From contig NC_087437.1 in the NCBI RefSeq assembly GCF_036321535.1, positions 83,144,001 to 83,208,000 on the forward strand: a DNA stretch of 64,000 nucleotides, written 5' to 3'. The DNA is from Camelus dromedarius. Its lineage: Eukaryota. Made by a program: the position numbers and the translations under genes. Every line of letters begins with the position of its first letter. Positions within the stretch are counted from its first letter, which is position 1. Under the pieces are notes generated by a model, which saw only the letters and a program-made list of their open reading frames with translations, was not told the DNA's origin and did not search any database. Of the stretch, positions 13,831 to 26,700 are shown in pieces.

Positions 13831-14126
13831 GAATCAAATGTTACTAGTGTAACTAAATATACCCTGACACAATGTGACCTCAAGAGTAATTATTTAGTTC
13901 ACTCTTGATAGACCTAGTAGCTTAGATTTTAGAATGCATTTTACATTTTAGCAGAATCTCTCCTTTCTGGACTTGTTTATTTGACTCATACACCATTATG
14001 TTTTAGTAATTTAATACTTTATACACATAGTGGCCATTTTCCACTTTCTCAGTATTCCTTGATTTTGAAAAATTTTAATCAAATTAAAATCATTTGACTA
14101 CAAGGCTTGACATTTGTTTCAGAATC

Positions 14127-15052
14127 TTATAACTTCTTCCTAATTTTTTTCATAACATTTATCACTTCCTTATTCCTTAGGCTATAAATAAAAGGGTTCA
14201 ATAAAGGAATCACTAGAGTATAAAAAATAGCAACGGGTATATCTTTGTCATCTTCATTAACTGAATTTGGTCGAATGTACACGAAGAGAAGTGAACCATA
14301 GAATATTGAGACAGAGAGAAAGTGAGATGCACAAGTAGATAAGGCTTTCCCTTTTCCCTCTTTGGATTTCATTTTGAAAATTGTGAAAAGGATGAAAAGG
14401 TAAGAAATTATTACTATAGTAATAGAGAAGGTTTGAACAGATCCTGAAAAGATAAATATCATCAATTCATTGATTAAGGATCAACACAGGAGAGTCTGTA
14501 TAATGGAAGAACATCACAAAAAAAGTGATTGATTTGATGAGACCCACAGAACCTTAACCTAAATAGAAGGCCTATGTGAATTATGGAGTGCAGGTTTCCA
14601 GCTAAGTAGGCCCCTGTGGTCATCTGAATGCAGAGTTTCTTTGACATCATAATGTGGTACTGCAGTGGGTTACATATAGCCACAAAACGATCATAGGCCA
14701 TTGATGCCAGGAGAAAGCAATCTGCAGTTTCAGCAAGGCAGAGAAAGTAAAATTGTGCCATGCATTCATAGAGAGAAATCATTCTGTTCTTGGAAAAGAA
14801 GTTCTCTAACATCTTGGGAGTAATGGCACAGGAACAGCAGGAATCCATCAGAGCAAGGTTACCGAGAAAGATATACATTGGTGTGTGAAGACGACTTTCC
14901 ATAAATATCAATGCGACCAGGCCAAGATTCCCCAACATGGTGATCAGATAGATGGTAAGGAACACCAGAAACAGAAGAGTCTTCAGCTCTGGGTGATCTG
15001 TGAATCCTGTGAGGATAAACTCTGTTGTCAAGGAGTGGTTATCCTCTGTCAT
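14127..15052 (-). pseudogene. olfactory receptor family 5 subfamily K (OR5K3/OR5K4-like), single 1-bp frameshift
   Basis: OR motifs [47 protein letters not shown]-terminus [24 protein letters not shown] and [15 protein letters not shown] are OR5K-type. 926 nt is one base short of 308 codons plus stop; frame breaks at CCT TA- ATC AAT GAA between 14475 and 14474. Confidence 0.93.
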
Positions 15053-15063
15053 CTCTGTCTTGT

Positions 15064-15090
15064 CTGTTGAGATAGGAATTATGGAGACAT
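15064..15090 (-). promoter_or_regulatory. splice acceptor of the OR coding exon
   Basis: Minus strand reads ctccataattcctatctcaacag|ACAAGACAGAG-ATG; the AG lies 11 nt upstream of the start codon. Confidence 0.7.
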
Positions 15091-16179
15091 AAGGTTCTAA
15101 TTTAGAATGTAGTTAACTTTTCCTTTAAAATTTCCTTTTTAAATAAGAAGGGAGATTGTTATCAAGCTTCTTCTACTACTCTCTCTGATACAGGCACTCA
15201 GACTTCTAGGGGACATTCGTTATAACATAAGGGCTTCTATGACTTCAAGTCTGAAACTGAATTCCCAAGACTGTTTCGATAATTACAGGGAGGATGCTTG
15301 CAGTGGAAAAGGTTTGTTTTTATTAATTTATATAAATATATTTGACATATTTGTGAATAAATTTAGGATACTTATGTTTATTTCAGTTGCCCACATAATT
15401 TCAGTGTCAATTTTTATTTTAAAGATCCTTAAAATGAACTTAAAGTCAACTTTTCATACATATAAACTTTTTCATTGAACAATAAGTTCTCATATACTTT
15501 CCCAGTTGAGTGACTATTTAAAAATAGCATACAATAGATATGTTAAATTTATATCAAGACTTGTTTGAAGATTACTAAGGATTAATGAAAGGGCTATTCA
15601 GTTTTAAGGAGAGTAAACTCAGAAAGCTAAGTAATTGAATTTTTGATCATGACCTCTTTATCCTTATTGTCATACCCATTTCTATAAACACTGACTCTGT
15701 TCACATCATTATTCCTGTTGATTTCTTGCCCATATATGTGAATTCTTTCCTCCTTTATCTAAAGCATTGTATAATAATGCTACTTAATGAAATTAACTGT
15801 ATGCCTCTGATTACACTGATTTCCACTTTCTAGACTCTCATCTTATATACCCAACACAATCTACCATGACTTATGTCTAATCTACATTGCATTTTTTTCA
15901 TACATGGACACAATTTCCTTATTGTACATTAGGCATTTTTGAGCTTAGCTATAACTTATAACAGCTGTACATGCTCTGGAGAAAAAGCAGTATTGATTCC
16001 AGTCTTACCTTCCCCCCAAGTGACCTGGGATGGATGAGCTTGTTTTCAGGGTCATACCAATGACTGTTAATGACTTTGGTGGTCCTACCAGTGATCCTTA
16101 GTGACCTCTTCTGCAAACTGAGTCTTTTAATTTTGAATAAGAGTCTGCAAAGATAATTATTCAAAACTCATCATTAAAA

Positions 16180-17200
16180 ATTTAAGGATTAGTATCCAAA
16201 TATGTAAGGAACACATACAACTCAATAATAAAAGTACAAAACATTCAGATTAAAAAATGGGCTAAGGAACTAAAGGGACATTTTCCCAAAAGACCTCCAA
16301 ATGGCCAACAGACACATGAAAAGATGTTCAACATCCCTAATCATTAGGGAAATGCAAATCAAAACCATGAGATATCACCTCACATGTGTCAGAATGCCTA
16401 TCCTCAAGAAGGTAAGAGATAAATATTGCCAAGAATGTGATGAATAGAGAATGTGAAGAAAATACTGTTGGTGGGAATGTAAATTGGTTTAGCCACTATG
16501 GATAACAATACGGAGTTTTCTCAAATAGCTAAAAATAGTACTAGCATATGATCCTGCAAGGTCCACTTCTGCAATACTCAAAGGAAATGAAAACAGATTA
16601 TCAATGGGATGTATGCACTCCTGTATATTTATAGCAGCATTATTTACAATAGTTAAGATATAGAAACACCTCAGTGCCTGTCAAAGGATGAATGGATAAA
16701 AGGGAATGGACATTCAGCCTTCAGAAAGGATATCCTAACATTTGCAACAACATGGATTAACCTTGAGGACATTATGCTAAGAGAGATGTCAGAGAAAGAC
16801 AAATACTGTAAGATAAGATACGACTTACGTGTACATCTGAAAAAGCCAAACTCATTAAAATATAATAAAATAGTGGTTACCAGGGGCTGGGTGGTAGGGA
16901 AGTAAGAGAGAGACTGTTTAAGGGTACAAACCTGCAACAGGTAGATAAATAAGTCTTGAAGACCTAATGCACACAAAGTGAATATAAACAACATTTTATT
17001 ATAGTCATTATAACTGGTAAGAAACTACCAGTTTTAATTGTTCCCACCACAAAAAAGAAGTGACAATTACATGATGTGATAGAATGCCAACTCATGCTAC
17101 AATGGCAATCCTATTACTTTATACAAATGTATAACATCAACATGTTATGTATCTTAAACTTACACAGTGTTATATGTCAAATATATTTCTATAATATATA
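16180..17200 (+). mobile_element. LINE-1 3' end (L1MA-like), in the inferred OR 5' intron
   Basis: GAAATGCAAATCAAAACCATGAGATATCACCTCACA; 3'UTR ending TATATGTCAAATATATTTC. Confidence 0.85.
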
Positions 17201-17665
17201 TTTTAATACAAAATTTAATTATCTTTCTTTTATCTGAGTTGTCTCATCTACTATTTTTCTGTTTCTAAGAAAATTATGCGAGTTTCTGAAGTATTTCACA
17301 GTAGATTAAAAGCTAATAAAAGTAAACTTACCATTATACCTTAGTTTTCTAACACTTAGAAAAAGAGAAAATCCTTTAAATCTTAATAAAATTTTTGTGT
17401 ACAAATTCCATTTTGCTTTAAATGGCTGTCTTCTACCATTATTTAGTAATCCATAGGAATATTGACTGATGTGTCTAATCATAAGAATTCTATGTATAAA
17501 ATGAGTTTATTTTTCCATAATCACATATTAAAATAAAGACCTTGGTTGAAAATTTTATTTGTTTAAAATATTAAATATTAGCCCATTAATTATTCAGCTA
17601 AGCTTAGAAAAAACATTCACTGTTAAGTTCCTGAATTATTTAACAGATTTACTTTATTTTCTTAC

Positions 17666-17764
17666 CTGTATATTTTGATGTTCTACCTCAATCAGAAAAG
17701 GTCAATGTGAATTGAATTTTCAGTCTTATCCTAGTTTCTCCATAGCCTTCAGTTTTGGGAAGAG
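17666..17764 (-). other. candidate non-coding 5'UTR exon of the OR gene
   Basis: Acceptor ttatctttctag| at 17765 and donor CAG|GTAAGA at 17665. A further donor TAG|GTAAG at 17885 implies an upstream first exon. Confidence 0.5.
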
Positions 17765-17949
17765 CTAGAAAGATAACTGAGTAGTTGAAATCTAACAACA
17801 GCAAACAATGCTTAATACTTCATATAAATAAGTATTAATGAATACTTACATTAAGAGTAAAAATAGATTAGGATACTTCCCTTACCTAGATTTGTAACAC
17901 CTCATGTTTGCTTTATTGTGTTAGATCTCATAGAATTTCAGATATAAAC

Positions 17950-18250
17950 CTTGGTCTCTAAAGCATTTGGGATTAAAAGAATTTTTGAAAACATGGACAA
18001 ATAGGTCAGAGTCAATAACTCTGTTCCTCTCAATGCAAAGTTAAAAATCACTGTTAAGTCCTAAGGGATTTTCCTGCACTGACATCACTATATTTCTGTG
18101 TGGGGATTTAGTCACCAGCACACATAAGGATGCCCCATGAGACAGGTTAAAGCAAACTACCTTCACTAAGGTCATTCATTTGATGATCACCTGCTGGTTA
18201 TTATGTAACTGACCTCATTTTTAATTCTGTTAATTATTCTACATAAATGT
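17950..18250 (-). promoter_or_regulatory. candidate OR promoter (O/E and homeodomain-like sites)
   Basis: O/E (Ebf)-like TCCTAAGGGA at 18059-18068 and CCCCATGAGA at 18133-18142; TAAT cores at ~18220-18236; AT-rich and CpG-poor, just upstream of the first donor. Confidence 0.5.
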
Positions 18251-20439
18251 AAAATGAGCAGGAAAGAGTTTCATGTTGACTTGAACTTTTACTGAAGGAG
18301 TTAATATGGCTTATGAAAGATGATTAGAATTTTGAGAGGAGACTGAAAGTTGTGATAGGTTGAGCCAGGGTCAGCAAATTCACTTGTGAGTTGATTTATC
18401 CCAATGTCTTACAAAAACCTCACTGTAAACTCTAGTATTATTATATAGTCTCGCATATGAATTACTAAGATGGTTCTTCTTTCTTTTTAAGTTTACTCAG
18501 CTGTCTTTATCTTTCTTACCTTGCCTTTTCCCCCTTCATTCACTAATCACTCTTTAATGCACTACATATTTGTTAGTACATCTGTAATAGGTTACTCCTT
18601 CCCTAATTCCACTCACCCCCATCATTATATAGACTTAAAAGGAAAAGGGTTTCTCTGTTATGTTCATTCCTGTATTTACAACACCTTGATAGTATGTGAC
18701 ACTTTGTAGTACTCAGCTAGTATTTCAGATGAGTGAAAAAATTATACTCTCCTGCTCGAGAATTTGAAGTGATATTTGATTAGTTTTCAAACAAATCAGT
18801 TTTCTTTATTTTGGTATTCCAGATGCACCATAGTCTCTCTGTATCTTAACTATGAACTTGCTTTCTTCCTCTCAACACCGGACACTTGGCCATGTTTATT
18901 CCTTCATTGTTCCTGTGTGTACCTGCTTCATTCATTTATTCATAAAGTTTCCTTCAACTTTAAAAACACCTTCTTCAACTTCTCTTTTCATTCTTCCGCT
19001 ATTCATTCTTATCTTGAATCAGATCTGCATGAATACATCCCTAGGTCCTTTAAATTAAATTGATTTTCCTTTTCCTAATCTACTTGATAATTACCTGATA
19101 TTATACTGCATTTGCCACTTTATCATGTTTGACTCGTTATTTGTTGATTGTAAAAGTATTGCTAATCATCCTTAAGTGACCAATCATGTCATCTGTATTT
19201 TGGGTTTCTGACAACAAACTGAGCTAGATCCTCAGGACACACTGTATTGATACTTAAAATCAAATACTTACATTATAAAGGATATTGGAAGAGATGATGA
19301 GTATAATGGGAACAGGATAAGAAGTTCTTTGATTTTAGAAATGGCTCCTGACAAGAGGCTCATAATCGAGTGGGGAGAAAGACACTTACATTGCTAACTA
19401 GCAGGTAATTCAAGCTGTGATAGTAAAAAGAGTAAAATTCTATTTAAAAATACGGTGAATGATGTGAATGAAGACCCAGAAGGAAAAAGAAAGATTTTTC
19501 ATTGGAAGTGTCATTTAAGATAAACTTTGCAGGATAAGTAGGATTATAATAAGCAATACACATGAGGAAAAGAAGCCTAATGGAAGCATGTAATAAAAGC
19601 CTGGAAGGTTGAAAGAGTAAGACCTAATTAGAATATGGATCTTAAACTGGGGTGGCTGAAGCTTACTCATATGTGATATAGGAGATACTTATAGGTAGTA
19701 TAAGGAAAATGGGAAAATAGATTGGAAATAGTTCTACTTGGTTCCTTCCCATTTATTTTTTCTGCCCCTATCAGTTCACTAAACCTTCTTTCTCAGTGAG
19801 ATCACAACCATCTCTAAATGCCACCTTCAAAAAACATCTAATTCTCTTCCTAACCAAGCCGTGGTGTTGGGTATAGAAATTCTTCACCTCTGGTTCTGTG
19901 ATAACGCTTACTGCTCCTGTCTTCCTGAGTGTTAGATCTTTATCTTTTTTTTTCTCACTTTTCCTTTAATGATGCGTGTGTTCCCCTTGGTTCTACACTT
20001 GACCTTATTCTTTAATTCTAGAGTTTCCCCCAGATTATTTCATCTAATTATGTATCTCCACTATACTCCATCCTTTGGTGGCATGACTAGAGGAGAGTTC
20101 CAAGCTATTTTTGGTGTATATTCATATCACTGAATTCATTGGGAGTATATTCTAGATATATACATTTTTATTTATGAATAGGTAAATGTACCACTGTGCT
20201 AAGATATTATGTATGTTATAAAATAAGAAAAGATAACATAAAAAGAATAAGAATTAAAGAAATGGTATTAAAAGTTTAATTTTTATATTAATGCTATAAA
20301 AACAATGTTGTTCCCACTAACACTATTATTAATTAAATAATCATAATCTTACATTCAGAGAATGAAATGTAATATTATGTGGTGTATTAATAAAATCTTA
20401 GGGCTGTGATACAGCAATTCAAGATCTTGTTTGAATTTA

Positions 20440-22703
20440 TTTCCAAATATATCTTAATGTCTGACACAGTTGAAAAGATCCTACACACAGATAAATCTAT
20501 CCAAATGGAGAAGATTGCAAGTTTTAATAGCATCCCAAAACAGGAGAGGGCTTTTTAGCAGATCATGTTGTGGGGTAAATAGCCTCGATGGGCCAAATGA
20601 CTCAACAGGCCAATGTTACTAGAGGTATCTGAGGTAGGAAGAGATGGGAGTGGAAAGTTTATGGAAAACTCTAATAGGAGAATTGCTTATGGTTTTGGAG
20701 CAAGGCTTTGTTCTCTGCAGCAGAGAATTATGAACTACTCAAAAAAATAACTGCCTAGTATGCTATGAACCCTGATAAAGAGTTCTTGACTTTGAAACAT
20801 CAAATGACCAAGAGGCCAGAACTGACTACATGAACTGGACTGTATCAGACTAAAAAGTATAAGGTTGAGCAGACCCAAGACCAATTCTTTGGAAGATGAA
20901 GATGCCACATTTCAGAATCAGGCATGAGCAGGGTGAGAGAATAGAGTAAGCCACTCAAGTAGGTTACCCACAACTCCTTGTCATCAACTACCACTGCACT
21001 GATATTTTTCCCTCAGCTCACATGTCTTGCCTTAAAAGGCCAAGCTGGCTCTTGGACAGTTAACTTGGTATGTTGATGCAAACCAAAATGTATTGCTGTT
21101 GAGCTATAGCTCCACCCAGGGTGACCTTGAAAGGCACCAATAAGGGAAAATTCTCCTTTAGACAGTGGAGTGATCATCCATTGTCATTGTATAGACAGAG
21201 AAATGGTCCAAGCTAAGAATATATAGATTCAAGGTAGAGGTGAATGATTTGAATATTGGTCATTGGCCTGTGAGGAGAAAGATGAGAAGATCAGGGACCA
21301 GGATACACGAGGAAGAGACTTATGAATGGATCTCCTGGAGTAAATATGAAGTGTGGAGATCCTCATATTCATGTAAATGTCCAGCAGAGAGCATCTACCA
21401 TGGAAGGGCTACTAAACAACCAAGTAGAGGTAATGACTCAGCCAGTTGAGATCATCTTACTTTGTTCATCTGCCACCCCATAGCTGGATTATGGACACTT
21501 GAAAACTGGCTATATGACCAGTATGGAGCCATCCATGTACCTAATGGCATAGGCTCCAAATTTTCCAGGCTGATCTAGCAACTGTTCCTGCCAAGTGTTC
21601 AAATTGTCCAACAGAGATCACTGCAGTGTCCCCAGTTTGGCAACACCCCTCCAGGAGATCAGTCAGCCACTTGGTGGCAAGAGTGCTGCTGTGAACCTTT
21701 TCCACTCTAAAGTGGGAAGAAGTTCATGTTGAATAGAATCAGCATAACCCCAGTAAGTTTTTATCTTTCCTATGTGCAAAGCCTCAGGAAGCACCACTGA
21801 GGCTGATAGACTGTTGCATAACATTGCATTGGATCAAGAAATCTAGTTTGCAGTAAGGATGATGTGGTATTGGTTAGTGGCTTGTCATTTGGTTCTATTC
21901 TATTATATTCACCCAGAAGTTACTGGTTTAGTAACTGATGTATGGAATGGCCTAATGAAAATATAATTGAGGTATTAGGACTGCAGTACTCCAGGGTGCA
22001 GGATCAACCAGGAAGAGTGACCATTATTTGTTGCCATGTTTTCAGCAAATGAATACCAAAAAGTGTCCATAAACTCTTGGGGAATTTGGACTCTATGTCC
22101 CTATATCCGTGGATTATATGGGTACATATGTGTTGGTTCTCAGAGTGAAAATGCTCTGAACAGGGGATGTAGAAAGGGGCCCATTATACGTAAAGCAACA
22201 ACTGCCATTCAGTCTTTTTGGGCTTCTTGTCCCAAGATTCCACCAGGAAAGGGAAGGATCACAAGCATTTTGGGGTAATTAACCCAGGTTATCAGGAGGA
22301 GGTAGAGCTATTGTGATGCAATTGGAGAAGGAAAAAATATGTTTGGCATTCAGCTGATTCATAGGCATATGTTGTTACTCTCTTACTCAGATTTGACAAT
22401 AAGTAGACAAATACTATAGCAATATCCTGAAATGGTTCAGGCATCCAGGCTCACACCCCCCAGGGATCTGATTCTGGATCATCCCACTATGTTAGTCACC
22501 TGGACCAGCAGAGGTTAAATGAATCAGGTGGAGGGAGAAGGTGAGTATTAGTGTAGCCTTGAGACTAGTTGCGACAGTGGGAACTACAGGTGACCCATTA
22601 ATCTTCATCTTGTAAGATTTTCTAGGAAAAGAGAAAGACCCAAATCATGGTGAGGCTTTCCCTGGAAATTGTTATAGTAAATAACAGTAATATAAGAGGT
22701 GGT
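20440..22703 (+). mobile_element. ancient ERVL internal remnant (pol 3' half; ERV3-16A3/HERV16-like)
   Basis: Decayed ERVL RNase H/IN-like sequence (GCAGCAGAGAATTATGAACTACTCAAAAAAATAACTGCC resembling NYSPFEKQLLAC); PPT-like AAGAGGTGG before the LTR. Confidence 0.65.
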
Positions 22704-23109
22704 TGCTAATAGGCCTGTGGTTCACAATCCAGATCTCACCTTAATTGTCCAGTAGAATGCTAGTAGGTGACAGCTCTCAACTAAGTTCCTTTCCAGGAAA
22801 TGCCTTTAGCTGAAGAGAACTCAATTTTGAAGGTTATATAACCTTTCTAGAGTGAAGCCTGCATCCAGTTACTATTCATAGAGGCACAAATTCCAGCCTT
22901 CTGCCTTAATGCATGAAAACTATGACGAGACATTCCAGCTTCACATGTGACTGGGCAAAGTCTTTTTGTGACTACATTCAACTGACTCTTCTGCCCAGTT
23001 TAATTCCTTCACCCCCTCAGTATGTATGAAGCTGAGGGCCTTCCTCAACAAACTTCTTAGATGCGAATCTCCATCTTGAGTCATTTTCTTGGGTACCTCA
23101 ACTTAAACA
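22704..23109 (+). mobile_element. ERVL 3' LTR (LTR16 family)
   Basis: Follows the PPT; ends AATCTCCATCTTGAGTCATTTTCTTGGGTACCTCAACTTAAACA, resembling the LTR16 terminus. Confidence 0.7.
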
Positions 23110-23741
23110 AGTTTCTACATAAATGAAAGAGTATCACAAGTTTGGAAGACACATCTGCATCTATCCATCATAGATAAACCATCTATTAAAGAAATAGTGT
23201 ATTCCTGTACCTACCTATTAGTCCCAAACTATAGCATCCCCTCACCGCCCCTTGAATAGAATCGTTTATCCTTGCTGACCCAGAATGAAATAGACATTAG
23301 AAATAGAATACAAAATACAAAATGATAGGCTTCATCAGAATGAAACTTATATAAGAACAAATTAGAAAATATGAACAGAAATATTTAATTTGATGAAAAT
23401 TCTTTCCAGAATAAATAACCATAGACAGAGAACTCTTACACAATACCTCAGTCTGAACTTACTATCTTTAAATAGCATTTGCATATATGGAAAAACATCT
23501 TTTATCAAAAATTCATAAATAAAAATGAGAGCTGGACAAAAAGAAAATGTATAAGATGAGAACTACAGGTACAAAAGAAATTGGATTGGATTAAAAGACA
23601 TAGTCACATTAGAAATAAACATTAAATTATGAGATTCTGAAAATGTAGGAGATTCTATTATCTGTATGTGTCATTGAAGACAGGAAAGGAAATATGAAGA
23701 GAATGAAAGTGAAACAAAGGGGTAAAAAGAATTAGAGGAGG

Positions 23742-26700
23742 AGATTAAGATAGTGATAGTGGAGTGGGACTCTAAGCTCATCTCCTCCCATGAAGACATT
23801 AAAAATACATCTACATGTGGAACAATTTCATTGAACACAAACTTGCGACAGGTAGAAATACTCTTATATTACCAAGACTAAAGAAAAATGAACAGAGTTG
23901 AGTAGAAAATGAGGAGACGTGATCATGTCAGGGTTTGTGACCCTGGAAGGGGACAGAGAAGCGAAGGCAGTTTCATGGACTCAGAGATCCTGCCTGAGGA
24001 GTGACATTTTCTAACCACATATTGGACACCCCAGGCCTGTAGTTCAATACCAGGAAGACAAGTTCTTTTAGTCAGTTTGAAAATCAGTAAGACTAAGAAA
24101 AGGGCTGTAAGAAACCAAGATTCCACTCATGAAGACTCTGCACATGCTTACTTACTCCTAGTCACAAGACAGATAAAGCAGATTGAAAATGACCTGCTAC
24201 CTCCCCAGGACATGCACTGGCAAACACCAAGCATCCACTCTGGTCCCCTCAGGCCTGGTGCAGCTTCCCGCTAGGTTGAAGACTGCCATTGCTGAGAAGA
24301 ATGCACAGTTGTGGTTGACATAACCAGCTTGGGCAGGGCACTGCATCAACATGGGTCAAGGATGGCCATTACTGGCATCATGGAGGTGGCATATCAGGAG
24401 CAGTTTGTGATGGTGTTCTAGGACTGGCCCAACACATGCCCTGGCCCATGCTGAATGCTGGCTCTATCCTGTTTGTCCAGTGCTGCTCCACTCTGAGGTG
24501 AAGATGTTGATTCTGAGAGTATGAAGAGTGCACACTTAGAGGGAATGGAACCTGCTCAGAACTGACCTTCAGGGCTTTCCCCCAGAACTTCATTACTGCT
24601 CTTCTCCACTCCCTCATAAGGATCTGTCAGCCACTGAGCATAAGAGAAGCCCCAGCTCACACATGGCTTTGGCTTTGGTGCCTCAGTCTTCAGTCCTCCT
24701 TCCAGCAGTGATATTTGCCAGCACACCCTGGGGGAAGACGTGATCCATGCCCACTTCAAATCAGGCTCACATAGGCTGCATAGGGGTGATCCCACAGAAG
24801 GACACCTCTTCAAGACTGGGATAGGTAATGGTCCCACCTAATTACATAGAGACAGAGTAAATTAAGCAAAATTAGAAGAGGAATTTGTTTCAAATGATAG
24901 AACAAGAAAACTGAAAAACAACTAATGAAACAAAGATAAATAATTTACCAGATAAAGAGTTCAAAGCATTAGTAATAAGTGTTAACTGAACTATGGAAAA
25001 GAATACAGAGAGAATTTTAACAAGGAACTATAAAATATAAAAAAGACCCAGTTAGAGCTTAAAATACAATAAATGAAAAGAAAACCAAACTAAAAGAAAT
25101 TAACAGTAGATGAGGTGATAAAGAAGAATGCACAAACAATCCAGAAGATGTAAGAATGGACATAACCCAATTAGAATAGCAAAGAGAATAATCAATTTTA
25201 AAATGAGAGTTTGTGGACCTTTGGGACAAATCAAGTGTACCAACAATTACATTATAGGGATCCTAGAAGAAGAGAGAAAGAAAGGTGTCAAAAATGTATT
25301 TGATTGATGAAATTATGGCTGAGAGCTTCCTGAGCCTGAAGAAGGAAACAGATACAGGGAGCACAGGGAGTCCCAAACAGGATGAACTCAGAGACCCACA
25401 GCAAGACACATTATAATTAAAATGCCAAAATTAAAAGTAGAGAATCCTGAAGGCAGCAAGAGAAAAACAAAGAGTCACAACAAAGGAACACCCATAAGTC
25501 TATCAGCTAATTTTTCTGCAGAAACTTTGCAGGTCAGGAGGAAATGGCATGATTCATTTAAAGTGCTGAAAGGAAAAACCTACAACTTAGGATACTCTAC
25601 CCAGCAAGATTAACATTTAGAATTGAAGGATAGATAAAGAAATTCTGACACAAGCAAAAACAAAAAGAATTCATCAATACTAAATGGATCCTAACAGAAA
25701 ATGGGAAAGGGTTTTCCCTAAATGGAAAAGGAACAAATAAAGCAAGAAAAATTTATAGGAAAAGAGAAATCCCAATAGTGAAGACAACTATATAGTGAAA
25801 GCTAGGATCAACCACTTAAATGAGCTAGGATGAAGAGTTAAGGGCAAAAAATTACAAAATTATAACTACAACAAGCAGAAATAGACATGAGGATGTAAAA
25901 TATGGTATCCAAAACACAAAATGTGGGGAAGTGGAGAAAAAGTAGATCTTTTAGATTGGGGTTTGAATTTAAATGGCTATCATTTTTAAACAAGTAGATA
26001 TATATAGGTCAACATATATGAGTCCCATGGTAACCACTAATCAAAACCTACAATAAATACATAAAACTAGAGAAAAATGAGTGCAAGTATACCACTAAAG
26101 AAAATTATCAAACTGCAAGAGAAGAAACTAAAGGATGGAAAAAAGAGCAGAGAACCAGAAAACAAATAATGAAATGGGAATAAGCACATATCAGTATTCA
26201 CTTTAAATGTAAATGGAATAAATTCTCCAGTCAAACGACATAGGGTGGCTGATTAGATTAAAAACCCCCAAAACGACAATGGAATCCTTCAGTACACTTT
26301 GTTCAAGAGACTTACTTTAGGGCTAAATATATACACAGACTGAAAAAGAGAGATAGAAAAAGATATTTCATACAAACAGAAATGCCAAGAAAGCTGGGGA
26401 TAGCAATACTTATTTTAGACAAAATAGACTTTAAAAAAAGTCAATGACAAAAGAAAAATGCATTATACAGTGAGTAAGGGATCAATACAAGAAGAGGATA
26501 TTACACTTGTTAACATATATGCATCCAATACAGGACCACCTAAATATATAAGGCAAATTCTAACAGACAAAAATGGAAAAATTGACAATAATGCAATAAT
26601 AGTAATGGGCTTTATCGTCCAACTTACATTTGATTCAGACTGTCAACCAATACGGCAACTGTGGTTATAAATTACACAATAGTCCACTTAGACTTAACAG

